Assembly: GCA_951406725.2 (NCBI GenBank)
Contig: OX597815.1
Location: forward strand, 103,602,001 to 103,666,000
Source of the DNA: Octopus vulgaris
Lineage: Eukaryota
DNA: 64,000 nt
Direction of reading: 5' to 3'
Position 1 is the first letter of the stretch, and every line of letters starts with the position of its first letter. Under the pieces are notes generated by a model. That model saw only the letters and a list, made by a program, of their open reading frames with translations. It searched no databases and was not told where the DNA came from. The position numbers and the translations under genes were made by a program. Positions 27,511 through 41,500 of this stretch are shown here, in pieces.

Positions 27511-27729
27511 TTTCATTCAGCTATATATATATATATATACACACACACATAGACATATCCATCTTTTACATTTGTTTATAGCAACGTTTTAAAGATACAA
27601 ATAAGGTTCCTGTTCGATTATGTCGGCCACCGTCTTATACTGCTGACTAATGTGCTGGTTATTCGGGGTTGCATTAAGTTATACCGATATAATGTAGGAT
27701 ATGTATATATCTATCTATCTATCTATCTA

Positions 27730-27775
<46 letters not shown>

Positions 27776-27780
<5 letters not shown>

Positions 27781-28434
27781 GTTGGATAATTGGAATACCT
27801 TAAAATTTCAAACAAATTTATTTTAATATGGGGTAGGACTGCCTTTGGCATTAATTAGAGCTTGAATTCTTCGAGGTATGGACTCGTACCAAGTTTGAAA
27901 TATTTTCAATAGAATTTTTGTCCATTCTTCAGCCCTCCCACGAATTCCAGCTTTGTACAACTCTCGGCGAACAGTTTTTGTGGAATCTGGGTTCTAGAGA
28001 TGGTCATTAAGCTCTGCAGTAATTCTGGGAGCTGTACTATTGTGATCCTTTCTAACAATTCGCATAAAAGTCCGACGGTCCCTATCTGAAAGTTTTAGTT
28101 TTCTTCCGAAATTTTGTTTCGGCGAAGAGGTTTTTCTCTCTTTTTCAAATGCTGCCGTTACTTTTGAGACAGTATTTCTTGGTACAGCAAATATTTCGGT
28201 TGTTTTCATTACGCTAGCGCCTGCCATACGAGCACCAACAAATTGACGTCTTTGAAAGTCCGATAAATCTGTCATTTTAATTAATTTTAATTGCCTTTTT
28301 CTGATGATATCTGAAAAGAAACAGCAATTTTAGCCAAAAAACATAAAAATAAACAAGCTTTTGACGGTTTTATAGATATTTCAAAATTATGATGGTATGA
28401 TGCTAGGTGTTTCCGTTATTTTGTCCAACCCTTG
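27776..28434 (-). mobile_element. Internally deleted Tc1-like DNA transposon
   Basis: TIRs (aggggttggataattggaatacct / aggtgtttccgttattttgtccaacccttg) flanked by TA. ORF 27994-28275 (MTDLSDFQRRQFVGARMAGASVMKT..GRKLKLSDRDRR..STAPRITAELN) is a Tc1 paired-HTH N-terminus; the DDE domain is deleted. Confidence 0.9.
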
Positions 28435-28439
28435 TATAT

Positions 28440-28710
28440 GAAAATTAAAGAAGGAATAAACGATTTTCTTACGAACTTCATTAGCTTACAACTGTTTCCA
28501 CTATAGAATGCGGTGGAGGCATAACTGAGTACTTGAGAAACGCGTTTTAGCTTCATCGGAGCCTCAAACATGAAATGCCATGTTTGAGGCTGCGATGAAG
28601 CTATAAGGTGTTGCTCAACCACTCAATTAGTATTCCACCTCATCTCATAGGTCTGGAACAGCTGTAAGCTAGTGAAGTTCATAAGATAATCATTTATTCC
28701 TTTGTCATTT
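28440..28710. repeat. Foldback element with ~130-bp arms and a 6-nt spacer; PLE-tail-like
   Basis: Centre gcctcaaacatg-aaatgc-catgtttgaggc. Arms include aaggaataaacgattttcttacgaacttcattagcttaca / tgtaagctagtgaagttcataagataatcatttattcctt. Confidence 0.85.
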
Positions 28711-31369
28711 TTATTTGTGATTACCGCTCTATACTCGACTAACGCTTGGAACAAATGCATGCATATCTTGAATTCTACGCCTTGTTATTAGTTTTTCTAT
28801 GCCTAAACCCAAAATCCACCTACCTACCTACATACATACCAACATACATACCTACATACATATACATATAAATATATATACATACGCACATATGAATATA
28901 TACATATATACACACACATATATATATATATACACACACATACTCATATACTGAACAGCTGCTTTTCTACTAACCAATTATATATGTATCTAAAACATCT
29001 CAGTAATCAAGAAAATGAAAACAATAAGAATGGTATAAAAACATACTGTCTACTTTGTAATACTTACGACTCCTCTCTGGATATATATCAACAAAAGTGA
29101 ATCTTTAATTACACGATATTCTTGAGAGTCAAAACATATATGAACGAATGTTCAGACATATACAGCAAAATACAATTAATTTCGCGCTATGCATTTATAC
29201 CAAGGCAGTTCAGAAACTTGACATTGCATTTTATGTAGTCAAGATCCATAGTTATGTTTTCTATGTACTCAGGTTTCATGACTTCAGCATCATCAGCGTT
29301 TGCCTCCACATTATAAAAAAAAAAACGGAATGCTGATAATGAATTATAGAATGTAGAATAGTGTTAGCTAAATATCTATGTATTTGTCTATATCTACCTT
29401 TGTATACCTGTATATCAATCAAACTCTTTCTCTCTGTCTCTATCTGTCTGTCTCTCTCAAACACACATACACACTCTCGCTCGTTCTTTCTTTCTCTAAA
29501 TATGTATCCGAATATATATATATATATACACATACATACATACATACATACATACATACATACATACATACATACATACATACGTATGCAAGCTGAAATC
29601 ACCTGACGCAGACGACAGGTGAGCTTCTGCTGATTCTTACTCAGTCAAACTGCACAGAAAATATATTTATAATGATCAAATCTTTGTGAAGTTTATAAGC
29701 AAACTTCCTCCCTCAAATCCTCAATGCCTGTACATGTGGACAGTGTGCCACCTGTCTGATGTCCATCTTATCGCAGAGTAACCTGAGAGCTGTTTTACTG
29801 AAGATCATGACACACCACCCGGCACAGTATTCAAAACCGCCATGTTTAATCATCGTGAGTGCAACATCCAAACCACTGTGTGTGTGTATGTGTGTGTGTG
29901 CTTGTGTGTGTACGTGCGTATGTGTTTGTGTGTTTGCGTTGAGATACAATTCTAAATGTTTGAAGAAAAAGTTTCTGAAAATACAAGTTATTCTTTACCC
30001 TTAAGAAAATGCCAGAATAACACAAACACCAGTGAAACAAATTGTGTTTTTAGGTGTCTTCAGCTTTTTGAACACATATATAAAATAATCTGAATAGTGG
30101 AACTAATCTTTACTAACTATTAACTTTTCATTTTCAGATTTATATTTTTATAGTATACTTTTCTTGTGGATCAGTTGGTACAGGATTTCCTTTAATCTGT
30201 GTATCATTAGTAATCCATTAGTATCCCTGATAATATTTTTGTTTTGTGAATTGTTTTAACTTTGTCTTTTTGTTCTACTTTTACAAACCCTGGATTGTAG
30301 TTGTTGATGTGTCTAGTATTATTGTTATTATATCTTCCTTGGTATGTTGACTTGTTTTTAGTAGATTTATACTGTTTTCTTCTGCTTGACGTCATATTTT
30401 GGCCTGCTATCGTTTGGAAGACTTTGCTCGCTGAGCTTGTTTTGATAAGTGCAACTGAAGTTTTGTTTACTTTTCGTTATTCTTTCCGTATAGAAGAGGT
30501 TAAGCGCTGTCACCCTTTGATTAATTCCTGATCTGACTTGTAATTTATTACGAAAGGTCTTATGTTTCCTTATACTGCTTATCTTTTAGTTTTCACTAAT
30601 TCTGTTTTGTAATTCGCTTCATAGTCTTCTAATCACAATTCTGCTTTTTTTTTAAATTTTGAGATTTTGCTTCATTCTACTCTTTCTAAGTCTTTTACCA
30701 GAGATGTAATAAATATTAATGTGCCCTACTATTCGTTTGTTTGGTGATTTCTTTTCTTCATTATGTTACTATACTTACTGAGTTTGTTTTGAATATACGT
30801 GCTCGAAGTCGTTGTAAGGTAAATTTTGTTTCAAATCTTTGAAGTGCGAATTTTATTCTCATTTTAGTTTCTTCGTTTGTTTCTGATTTTATATGTTACG
30901 CAGAATTTACTGGGGAAAAAATGTTTTGATTTATTTTTTTCAACTTCTCGTAAGTATCTGTCAAATTTTCGTTTCTAAGTGCATTCCCCTACATTGTTTT
31001 CTTTGATTTAATAATCAATTTCACTCCCTACCATACGTTTCTTTCTCTCCCTATACATAAAAATATGTGCTAATGTGTATATGGGACTTGTGTATGTGTA
31101 TGGATGCTTGTGCGTTATCTTAAGAAGATGGATGTATGCACCAACTGTATTTCGATTTTCTATGTGCAGGTTACTTATGATAATCTTAAAGATAACACTG
31201 AGTTATACCCTTATCTGAAATTTGAATGTTATTATTCAGATTGCAAAAGTTAAACGTTCTCTAAGTGTCTCTGGAAATTGAACTTGAAATTTGTTTTGAA
31301 TTATTTAAAATCATTTAATTTTTTGTCTCTACATCGCATCTTGAAATTTTACCATTGATCTTTCGAGAA

Positions 31370-31650
31370 TAGATCTTATTCTTACTCCTTCAAAGTCAGC
31401 AAATCGTTTTAAGTTTTGAAGACATTTCCCGAGTCTCTCTTGTTTGAAGACAGATCCTGAAGCCTTGTCTGACTCCACTATTTTCATTCCTTTGCAATAA
31501 GTTTTCTACATTCTTATAGTTTTCTTTTCTTTCTGACGCTTGTAATATAGTTTCATGTGAGTTGCATAAGCTGCTGCCCTTCACTAAATTTCTTGGTTTT
31601 GTAATTTTTGTTCCGGAGTCAGCTAAGATATTTTGTAACTTTCCGGCATT
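31370..31650 (-). pseudogene. Possible decayed DNA-transposon-like ORF start
   Basis: A single frame MPESYKIS*LTPEQKLQ..MKLYYKRQKEKK..QERLGKCLQNLKR with several stops. Family not assignable. Confidence 0.25.
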
Positions 31651-31900
31651 GTGAGTAAATTCGATAGTAAAGCAAAGACAATGGAATGTATTATTTCCTG
31701 TTAAACGTAACTAGTAACATTAGGTGACTAAAGCAGATAAGAGCAGATCACTTCCATGAGTTCTGCTCACATTCTCAATACTTTATACACACGCACACAA
31801 ATTCACATGCACACACACACACACACACACAAATACACACACATAGACATACACACACACAAACACACGCGCGCGCGCCGCACACACATACACACACACA

Positions 31901-32165
31901 CAGAGTGCGGTGAATAAACTGTCAACTAAATTACGCAAACATGAAAATAATTCTGACATCGCATTTTAACAGAGATATTTACCAAAATTACATAAAAAAA
32001 AAATTACATAGAAACATCTTGAAATTCTAACGAGTAAATTTATTCCATGAAATCGTCTTTGGTTTCAACCAAAGTCTCCCGACGACTTCAGAATTTCCTG
32101 CAACTCTTCTGGGCGATATCCTTATTTAAGTTGGTGAATTCTTCCATAATCTTTGCCTTCAGTTC
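31901..32165 (-). mobile_element. Tc1/mariner-superfamily 3' fragment (transposase C-terminus and terminus)
   Basis: Minus translation ELKAKIMEEFTNLNKDIAQKSCRKF*SRRETLVETKDDFME* is typical of the final helix of DD37D/Tc1-type transposases. Confidence 0.65.
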
Positions 32166-32318
32166 TACAAATTATATACGTTTTATTATTATTTTTTGCA
32201 ATTTACTTAATCATTGGCATTTTATTGTTATTTTAATTTTAATATTTCTATTATATTTAATTTTCTAGATGGTGTAATTTAATTATTCATTTTGAATTGA
32301 TAACAGGTAGTTTTTTTC

Positions 32319-32370
<52 letters not shown>

Positions 32371-32431
32371 GCATATATGTATGTATGTATATATGTATGT
32401 ATATTTGTATGTATGTATATGTATATATATG

Positions 32432-32487
<56 letters not shown>

Positions 32488-33085
32488 AATGTGTCATGCC
32501 ATTTTTAAGAAGATATATTTTGATTTGGTGGTAATTTAGATGCTTTTTACCCTCAGGTAGAATGTTCATGATTGCCTCTTTAAAATTAGTGATATTTAAT
32601 TTTTGTAAATAAAAATGGAGTTAATAATTATAAAATCCAAACTATCGAATTAAAGATGATATTGCAGCCATCGGTAAAGTATCATATTTACTCAAATTTA
32701 TTGGTAATGAATTGATTAATGAAGATTAGAACGGATCTTTTATTGTTTTAAAGGCATTAAGCAATATTTCAGTTTCGTTGTTGATTGTTTACAGAGTAGC
32801 ATCATCAATTTTATGTACGTAAAGTAGAAATGTAGCTATTAGTGAGATATAAATAACAAGAAACCACTGGAAAATAAGAATATTTGATTAAACATCGTAG
32901 TGAAAATAAGGTGTCCTGAGAGATATGCAACTCTGACAATACAATCATCGATTGAAGTTCATTTTAAGTTTGATGGCTTTAGTAATGGATATAAACAGAA
33001 GTCCTTGTGTTCCCAGTTCTACATATATGCAAACAGAATTATATATATAAATATGTGTGTATGTGTGTTTGTGTGTATGTATGTA

Positions 33086-33132
<47 letters not shown>

Positions 33133-33345
33133 AAGGATTCATAAGAAACTAGGCATATCAACAAGTAGGACGCCAGGATTGGCTGGGATTCCTAACGATG
33201 AGTTCGCAATAAGTTAAAACAACCATTAGGTGTCATTTGTTGGTAGCATACTGCAGGTATATATATACAAAATCCAACATAAACCGTAAATCCGATCCAG
33301 GGTTGCTTCCATATGTGGCGTATGTATGAAACAAGAACAGAAGTG

Positions 33346-33447
33346 GTGTTTAAAATTTACTACAGTTGTTTCGGCTACATCTTATTGATGCATTCTTAGA
33401 TTATATCATAGCAAAAATCAGCCATCTTCGGGTAAAATTTTAGACAC
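33346..33447 (-). ncRNA. Type I hammerhead with long stem I (core U4>C)
   Basis: Minus strand gtgtctaaaattttac-CCGAAGA-t-ggct...agcc-GAAAC-aact-GTA-gtaaattttaaacac, with stem I of about 14 bp. Confidence 0.7.
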
Positions 33448-33737
33448 TTATAAACAGGCAAAGTAAAACCGGATGGCAGGGGATTCAATCGGATTTCGAT
33501 CGAATCCCCTGCGAAGTAGCACGGGATCTCCTAATGCGAAGCATCCCTTAGCCTGAAGAGTGGCTTGCATTCTATTCCTCGTTTGGATAATTACTACTTC
33601 CGAGGTTCCGCTAGCTATGAAACAAATCTAGCCTGAATGTTACCTTTTTATCTACTCAATTCCCTAATTCTTGGATATGTATACATTTGTTTGTACGTAT
33701 GCGTGTGTCTGTGTGTGTGAGTGAGTATGTGTATGGG

Positions 33738-33800
<63 letters not shown>

Positions 33801-34390
33801 ATATTCACAAAAGTGTTTACATAAACACATAAGAGAGAGGCAGACAGACAGACAGAAAGAGAGAGAGCGATTGAGGAGAAAGAAATACATAGCGTTCATA
33901 TATAATTGATCGTGCATAGATGCACACAAAAAATATTATTCACAGTTTTAGAATGTCTAACAAAACATGTTTTCTGTGGATATGAATTATCGAATAGAAA
34001 TTCATGCTTATGTAGTCCCAGTAAAACTGAGGAGAGAGCAACAGTTAAAAATATACTCTGACATTAGAAATGCCGGTTTACAAATGTACGTGTTTCACCC
34101 AGTAGCATACAATATCAAAACTATTTTTTGACCCACTAAGTTCCAGAACTTATATCGACTCAATATAAAAGATACACGTTTTAAAGTTTTGAACATTAGC
34201 AGGATCAGATACGGGCATACTCGTAAACGCGCGCGTACACATTCACTCACAAGCATAAACACACACTCATACATAAACAAACACGCACACATACATACAT
34301 GCATACATATATCTATAGATATACATATGCATGTATATATACATATATACATATGTCTATATTTACTCGCATGCAAACACATATTGGATT

Positions 34391-34484
<94 letters not shown>

Positions 34485-34500
34485 AAGATAGGTAGGTAAG

Positions 34501-34587
<87 letters not shown>

Positions 34588-36201
34588 ACACTTCTATAGA
34601 TACATACAAACATACGTGCAGACATGATTTAGCGGTATGCTTTGGATCTAGGCTGTATTCAACATAATGCACTCCGTATGCGTCTTAAGGAGATATCTAT
34701 ATGTAAAAAGTAGATTGAATACCGTGTCTGACCATACACTGTTGTTGCCTTCCGTGGTAATGCTTTTGGTACTTGTAATTTATCGCCCTGGAACTAATGC
34801 TGAATCAAGTCGATTTCCTTCGTTATGAGAGCTGAATATGCAAATTAGAATACAGTGTTATTCTGCATATTTACTTATTAATCTTCTAACTTTCGTAAAG
34901 CACGTAACGTATCTATGTAAATGCGAACGTTTCGTGCCATATTTGAAAAGTTTGACAATAAAATTTAATTTTTCCCTCTCTTCCTCTTATTCCATATTTG
35001 ACGGACTACCAGAGATGAATTAACAGATGTTTCCGTGAAGTCAACGAATGGGTCCCTGATATAAAATACTTTTAAAGTGTTTAAATATTCGTTTCTCAAA
35101 CTATTTTATTACATTGTTTTGCTTCTGTATATTTAAGAAACATAATACATTTACAAGAGCGTCTATTTTTCTTTGCGACATAAGAGTATGCCTTTATTTG
35201 TAAATTGCTAGAGCAATATTTTTGCTTTTGTGTGTCCTCTTTGTTTATGTATAGCAGCAATACTTAATGTACTACTGGAGATAACGTTGCTATTTAGTGT
35301 ATATTTCAGTGGGACAGTTCAGTAGAGCCCGCACTCTAAAATTGGTAGTAGAAGCCAATGCTACGAAATAAATCTAGTCGATAAATGTTCTACGTTCAGA
35401 GGAAGACGTTTCATTATTTATGTATTGAAACAGATGCTCAGAACCACTGGTGCTTACTTACACTTTAGCATTACCTATTACTTGTATGTATGTATGTATA
35501 TATGTATGTATGTATATATGTATGTATGGCATGAATTAGATACAAAATATACATATGGTATTTAAAGCTTAATAATATATACACGAGTTTCAGTAAATTA
35601 TTGCTAGCATTACATAATTCCTTGCCGAAACCTTATATAATCTTGTGAATTTATCTCTTTCACTTAAATTTGAAAAGTTAAATTAACGATATAATATAAT
35701 ATTTCAAAAAAAAAAACAATTATGTAATCCAGTGAGTAATTCGCCGAAACGCCGGTGTGTTGTATAAAACATAACACACCATATATGTCTTAAGTATTTC
35801 AGTACCGCTTTGCAGCTCGTATGCCATAATATGATGCTCCGCGTCGTACGGCACTGGATATGAGTGGAGTGTGAGACCAACAACTGAGATCGAACTTAGG
35901 TTGCTTGTCGGATTTCACAGCGCATATATATATATATATATATATATGTATTCCCTTCCCCCTCTCTCTTTCTCTCACTCCCTCTATCTCTCTCTGTATA
36001 GATATATTATGTGTGCGTAGATGTACATATGTGTGTATGTATGTGTGTTAGTGGTATTGGAGTAAAGTAATAAAGGAAGCAGTTTTGTATTTATATACGG
36101 AATAAATTATAAAAACCATTGGTGAAGCACGTTAGCGATATAAAACGTTTTGATGTAATTCAACCGTTATTCACTCTCTCTCTCATTCTTTCTCTCCTTC
36201 T

Positions 36202-36233
<32 letters not shown>

Positions 36234-37701
36234 TTCTTCTTCTTCTTCTTCTCCTTCTTCTTCTCATCCTCCTCCCCCTTCTTCACCTTCTTTTTCTTCT
36301 CCTTCTTCTCCCCCTCTCTCTTTCACTTTTTTGCTTTCTATCAATCCCCCAATCACTTTCTTTCCCTTTCTCTCCCTCCCCCTTTCTCTCTCTCTTTCTC
36401 TATCAATCTATCTATATAAGGAGAGAAAGAGAGAATGAGCATTTGGTAATGCAGAATTTGTGGTCTCCTTTGATATATGATGGGAGAAAACGCAAATATA
36501 AACTTAATACCTGTAAATGTTTTCCAGTGTTCTCTTGGATTTAGATTTTTTTCTTTCTTGTTATAGCTGATTGATTTGTTGCTGCTAAATTGCAGTTTTG
36601 TGACCAGAGTAAACCTTCCATCTTGAAAATTAGTCTTGCATTTAGTTTTAAAATATACTGGCGTCATAAATGCTGTGTTGCTCTTTGAAACTTACTACAT
36701 TTAAGTCAAACTGATTATATGGCAACTTAGAAAAGTGTTTATTACAATATTCTTAGATCCAAGTCTTATGACAGGGGTTCCTTGTTTGATTGAAGGCCGC
36801 AGTAAAACTGGGTAAGCTTCTTATACTTTAAACTTCGGTTGGCTCTAAATCTTGTGGGTGATACTGTGAAGAAGACCGTCGTTTTGACTGCACCACTTTT
36901 TCAACGGTGAATCTAATACATTTCCCGGTAAAAATAGCAGACTGGACTGTAGATGCTTTTTATGGTGTTCCCATGTTGCAATAATTCAGATTAGATCTTC
37001 CATAATTTGATGGCACCTTTTTCTAACTACAACTTCAGAATTTGATGCCACCCTTTATACTACAACTAGATATGGAAATGATTTCTTTAAATATTTGTCC
37101 CTAACATTCTCGGCGATCCCTCAGAAAATATCGTCCAACTCGTTCAGATAAGAGAAATAAAATTCAAAAACTTTCTATACTGATATGATAAACATTAATT
37201 CGAGATGAATAATTAATAGGAGTGGTTTAATATTAACATATCACATAGGGTAGATGTTAAACTAAGTTCAAATATAGTTGTTCATATTAGATAGATGCGT
37301 GTGTTTGCGCATAGCGTATGATGATGTCCTGAACGATTTATTTCTAGTAAAATGATAAAGAAATCAATATCAATATGGGAATCAGAACCATTAAAGCATT
37401 TACACACGCAGTGTTACATTAGAGTTGGATATCATTTTCTTTTTTCAAACTTTCTTCAAGATGCAAGTTACTCATTTATCCCAAGTGGGTACTAGACGAA
37501 ACAACCATTTGACAATATCTTTCCAATCATCTTCACTTCATTTAAAGTATTGCATATTGTACTATGTTATTCAATGTGTCTGTCTCTTTCAAGGCCGTAT
37601 CGTGTGATCTGAAAGAGATTTCCCTGCTTTCACTGAGAAGTCGAGCCAGCACATAGGTGTGTCCAAGCGAGCTGAAGTTTTGCTGCTGCTGCTGCTGCTG
37701 G

Positions 37702-37733
<32 letters not shown>

Positions 37734-38468
37734 TTGTCGTTGTTGCTCTTGATCCTTGATTTTATGTGAACCTTGACCCGGAAAATTGATGATTAAATTA
37801 TATCACTCGCAACCAGCTGGTTTTTATTTCACACGCAATATATCCTGGAATATATAATGACGGTATGGGTTGATTTTTGGGTAAATTGCTTATTATTAAA
37901 AGAAAGACAAGTGACCACCTTTTTTTCTTTACTTCGTTGATATCGGGGTTTTATCAATTTAACATCGTTTATATATGTGTTATTTGCCAATATTTACAAA
38001 AATGTAAATTTGCTTTACTGAAGGAGACAGATGCATAAACACCTTTAACTAAACCAAGATGTATATAGTAAGATTTTAAAATCTATTCTCTAGCCCACAC
38101 CTTATACTGTCTAGACTCAGACATTTTGTGGTGTATGTGAGAACTTTTATATACATCCAATTACCAATTATACTTCTTTCATTTAAATTCAGATCTACCA
38201 TTTAACTGTAACACAAGTATTTCAATAGGTTGCACTGGCTTATGTGTAAAATGCGTGCGTATGTGTATGTGTTTGTATGTGTATGTGTATATGTGTGTGT
38301 ATGTGTGAGTGTGTGTGTATGTTTTTGAGTGTGTATGGAACGTGTGTACAAGAAATTAGTGTATGTAATGGCTATGTGTGGTTACACTTTGTGAACGTTG
38401 ATGAAGTGTGGTTGTAAGAAGTGAATTGTTGAATGTGTTAATTTAATAACAAAATATACGAGATTTGC

Positions 38469-38516
<48 letters not shown>

Positions 38517-41500
38517 ATATATACATATACATGTATATTTGTGTGTATGTCTGTAATTTGCTTGTGCACGTGTGTTCGGTGTGTGAATGTGTATCATCTG
38601 AATTTATCTATGAGAGATTACTTACCATTGAGAGACCTTTTACGTCTCAACAGCTAGTCAACACATACTTATGTCTTAGAGAATCAAACGGATCAAATAA
38701 ATAGGAAGAACATATCTCAGATAAAATATAGGATATTTACAACGAAATAACATGTGAGACATCTAAATGGTGCAATGAATATCACCTCGTCAAGCATGAT
38801 TTAATCAAATATAGTTCTTCGTTTATCTCATAATAAATATGCAATGTATAGTTTATACTGTTTGTCCCTTAAGTGTTTATATGAATGTTATATGAATGTT
38901 TATATGAACTGACCAAGAACAGTCACAGGAAGGAAGTGAAGATTTTTTACGTATCACTGAAAAATAATAATTGTAGTAAACTAGTGTAATTTATGCATTA
39001 ATTAAGGAACATAAGTAAAAACATTTAAATATATTTCGACAGTTATATTGCAGAATGATTCATATGAATATAGATAGTATAATGTTAGTTCATTTAAGCA
39101 AGTTATTTTCTGAACATGTGGTCTATGCTATGAATTTATTTCTGCAGGAATCAAACTGGAGGAATATACATCAAATGTACCACACAAAGAAAATATGTAA
39201 TATTTACCATAAGATGCCTCATTGGGAATCTATATTTTCCTTTGACCATCTACATCGCCAAATAGTGTCGAACTAAAACCTGTTACTCGTTTAGCGACAG
39301 AGCATACAGTAGTTGTTGATAATACGAATGGCTGTTCTATAAATTGTCCAGGAAATCTGTGACTTGAGATGTATATGTGTGTACGCGTGAGTATGTGTAA
39401 CCTCCATATATATTTGTGTGTGAGGATTTGAGTTGTGCTTTTTCTGAATGACATATCTTCGCGGTACAACTAGATGCCTTGGGCTCCTTAGCAAATTGTT
39501 TACGTTTCCTTTAAAATATTTGAATTTATCTTGTAAAGAAATAGTTTCTGACTGAGGGGTAAGGGAACTGTTGTTGGAAGTTAGCGAATAACACCAAAGA
39601 GTTGCATTGTTACATTGTTTACTGATTCGCTTAGAGATGGCAATTTCAAAACGTATATTATGTAGTCACCTTCTTTGAGTGGAGATTCACAGATATTCTA
39701 GATTACCCTATCAACCATCACTAACTTCATCAGATATACTTATAGAAATCGATATAAATGTAAAATCTCGATAAGGCAGAAAAGCTGTAGGTTTAAAAGC
39801 AAAGCATCTGACCTATAATAACCGTACTTAATAGTTATTCTCTGATATAAAATACTACAACAAGCTTGTTTTATTTACATTTTCTGACAGCTTTGTTATT
39901 TGGAAATGTTAATCCATTATTCCTTGTATTTATAAGTTTGTTTGTATATGATCAACATCAGAAGTGTTTTCCAAATTTATACCAAGGAAGGCGTTTACAT
40001 GGATTGAAAATTGTTTTATCAACATTTTCTGTTTGAAATGTAATGTGGTAATGGAATTTAGAGCCGGTTACTGACGCATGTAATATTCCATATAAAAAGG
40101 ATATAATCGAGGATTCTGGTTGCTCTTTGAGGCTTTTAAACACCTTAGATTCTCTTTTGTTTGAAAAGCATTTTATTTTCCTATCTCCAGCTCTTGGATT
40201 GAAAAAGCATAAACATCAAAACGTGATGTAATGGTCACGAGTGTAAAACACGCTACATTTCTAGTCGAGGTTGTTTTAGAAAGAATAAAGCTTTTAATAC
40301 CCTCCTCATGTATCTTTTGTTTTGCTTTTTTGCTGTCATATAACGTGTTTCTCGTACATGCTTTTGTTGAATGCACTCTTAGAGCAGTTTTGGTGGCGCA
40401 TGAAATACCATTAAGCACTGAGTACTTCTTAAGAATTTCACTCCCCATTCTTTTATCTTTTGATCGCTTCGTTAATGTATTTGTTTCTCGTAATATTTTA
40501 AAGAAAATGTCTATACAATATACAATATTCAAAGACAGTTTTGACTGACCCCTTAAGCCTCATTCTCGGTTGTGCTCTTTATTTTGTACAGGATAAAGCC
40601 TAACTATTATTCTTACGGAAGTATCCACTTTATGTCAAGATCTTGTCTGTTTTAATATCCACGGAGTTAATTTTCTTCATTGGCTAGTCAAGATTCCTAA
40701 ATGCTAGTACCAATATTTGTTTTGCAAATATACTATGGAATATTGTCTTGCTGTAAGCGAAAATTTCTGACTGTCATAACTATTAATGTCTGGTACATTA
40801 ATAGTTATGACATTCTTAGATAAATCGAAGTACTTGTATATGATATATGTTTTTCAATGTCTAAGTATTTGCAGCACCTGCTGAGTAGAAAAATTGAAAT
40901 AGCAGTAGTATTGGGTCAGCTTTCAGTTCGGGAAGCTGGGCTTTTGCGCATTCAAGTATGATAAATGAGCATTTGTTTTGGTTAAATACAATACTTATAT
41001 CAGATAAAAATATTTTAAAATCAGCTCTTCACTCACAAATGCAATCAGTTTTAGAATAGTTATTTAAATGAAACTATTTATTTTTATGTATGTCGATATA
41101 TATATACATATATCATACAAATAAACACGCTTGAGCTTGGTATATAAAATATGCGTACATAAATCTACACATATAAATATATATAGGGATAGAGAGATAA
41201 AAAAAACTGGAAATATCCAGAATTAAAAACTCCGTGTATAAGCACATATGTGTTTATATATTTACAGAAGAAATGTCCATGAAGTCCAAAATATACAGAA
41301 CACTAAAGGGAAAGACCATGATATTTCAAGTCCAACAGCTGTTTCTAGGGGCTCGGAATTACGTTTTAATTTTAATGTGTGCAAATGGAATGATTAAAAA
41401 GCCAAAGATATGCAACCAGTAAGAGATGCATATAAATATTACCGTGTCGTCGGCCTCTGTTATCAAAGTGGAAAAACTGCAATTGGCAACTAGCCAATCT

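Noticed and set aside
30110-30780. A-rich minus-strand stretch resembling a PLE N-terminal ORF
   Set aside because: Too degenerate to assign from recognisable motifs.
40173-40548. Overlapping 119-aa and 105-aa non-repetitive ORFs with a vague GPCR-like look
   Set aside because: There are no diagnostic motifs, and upstream sequence does not continue a transmembrane pattern.
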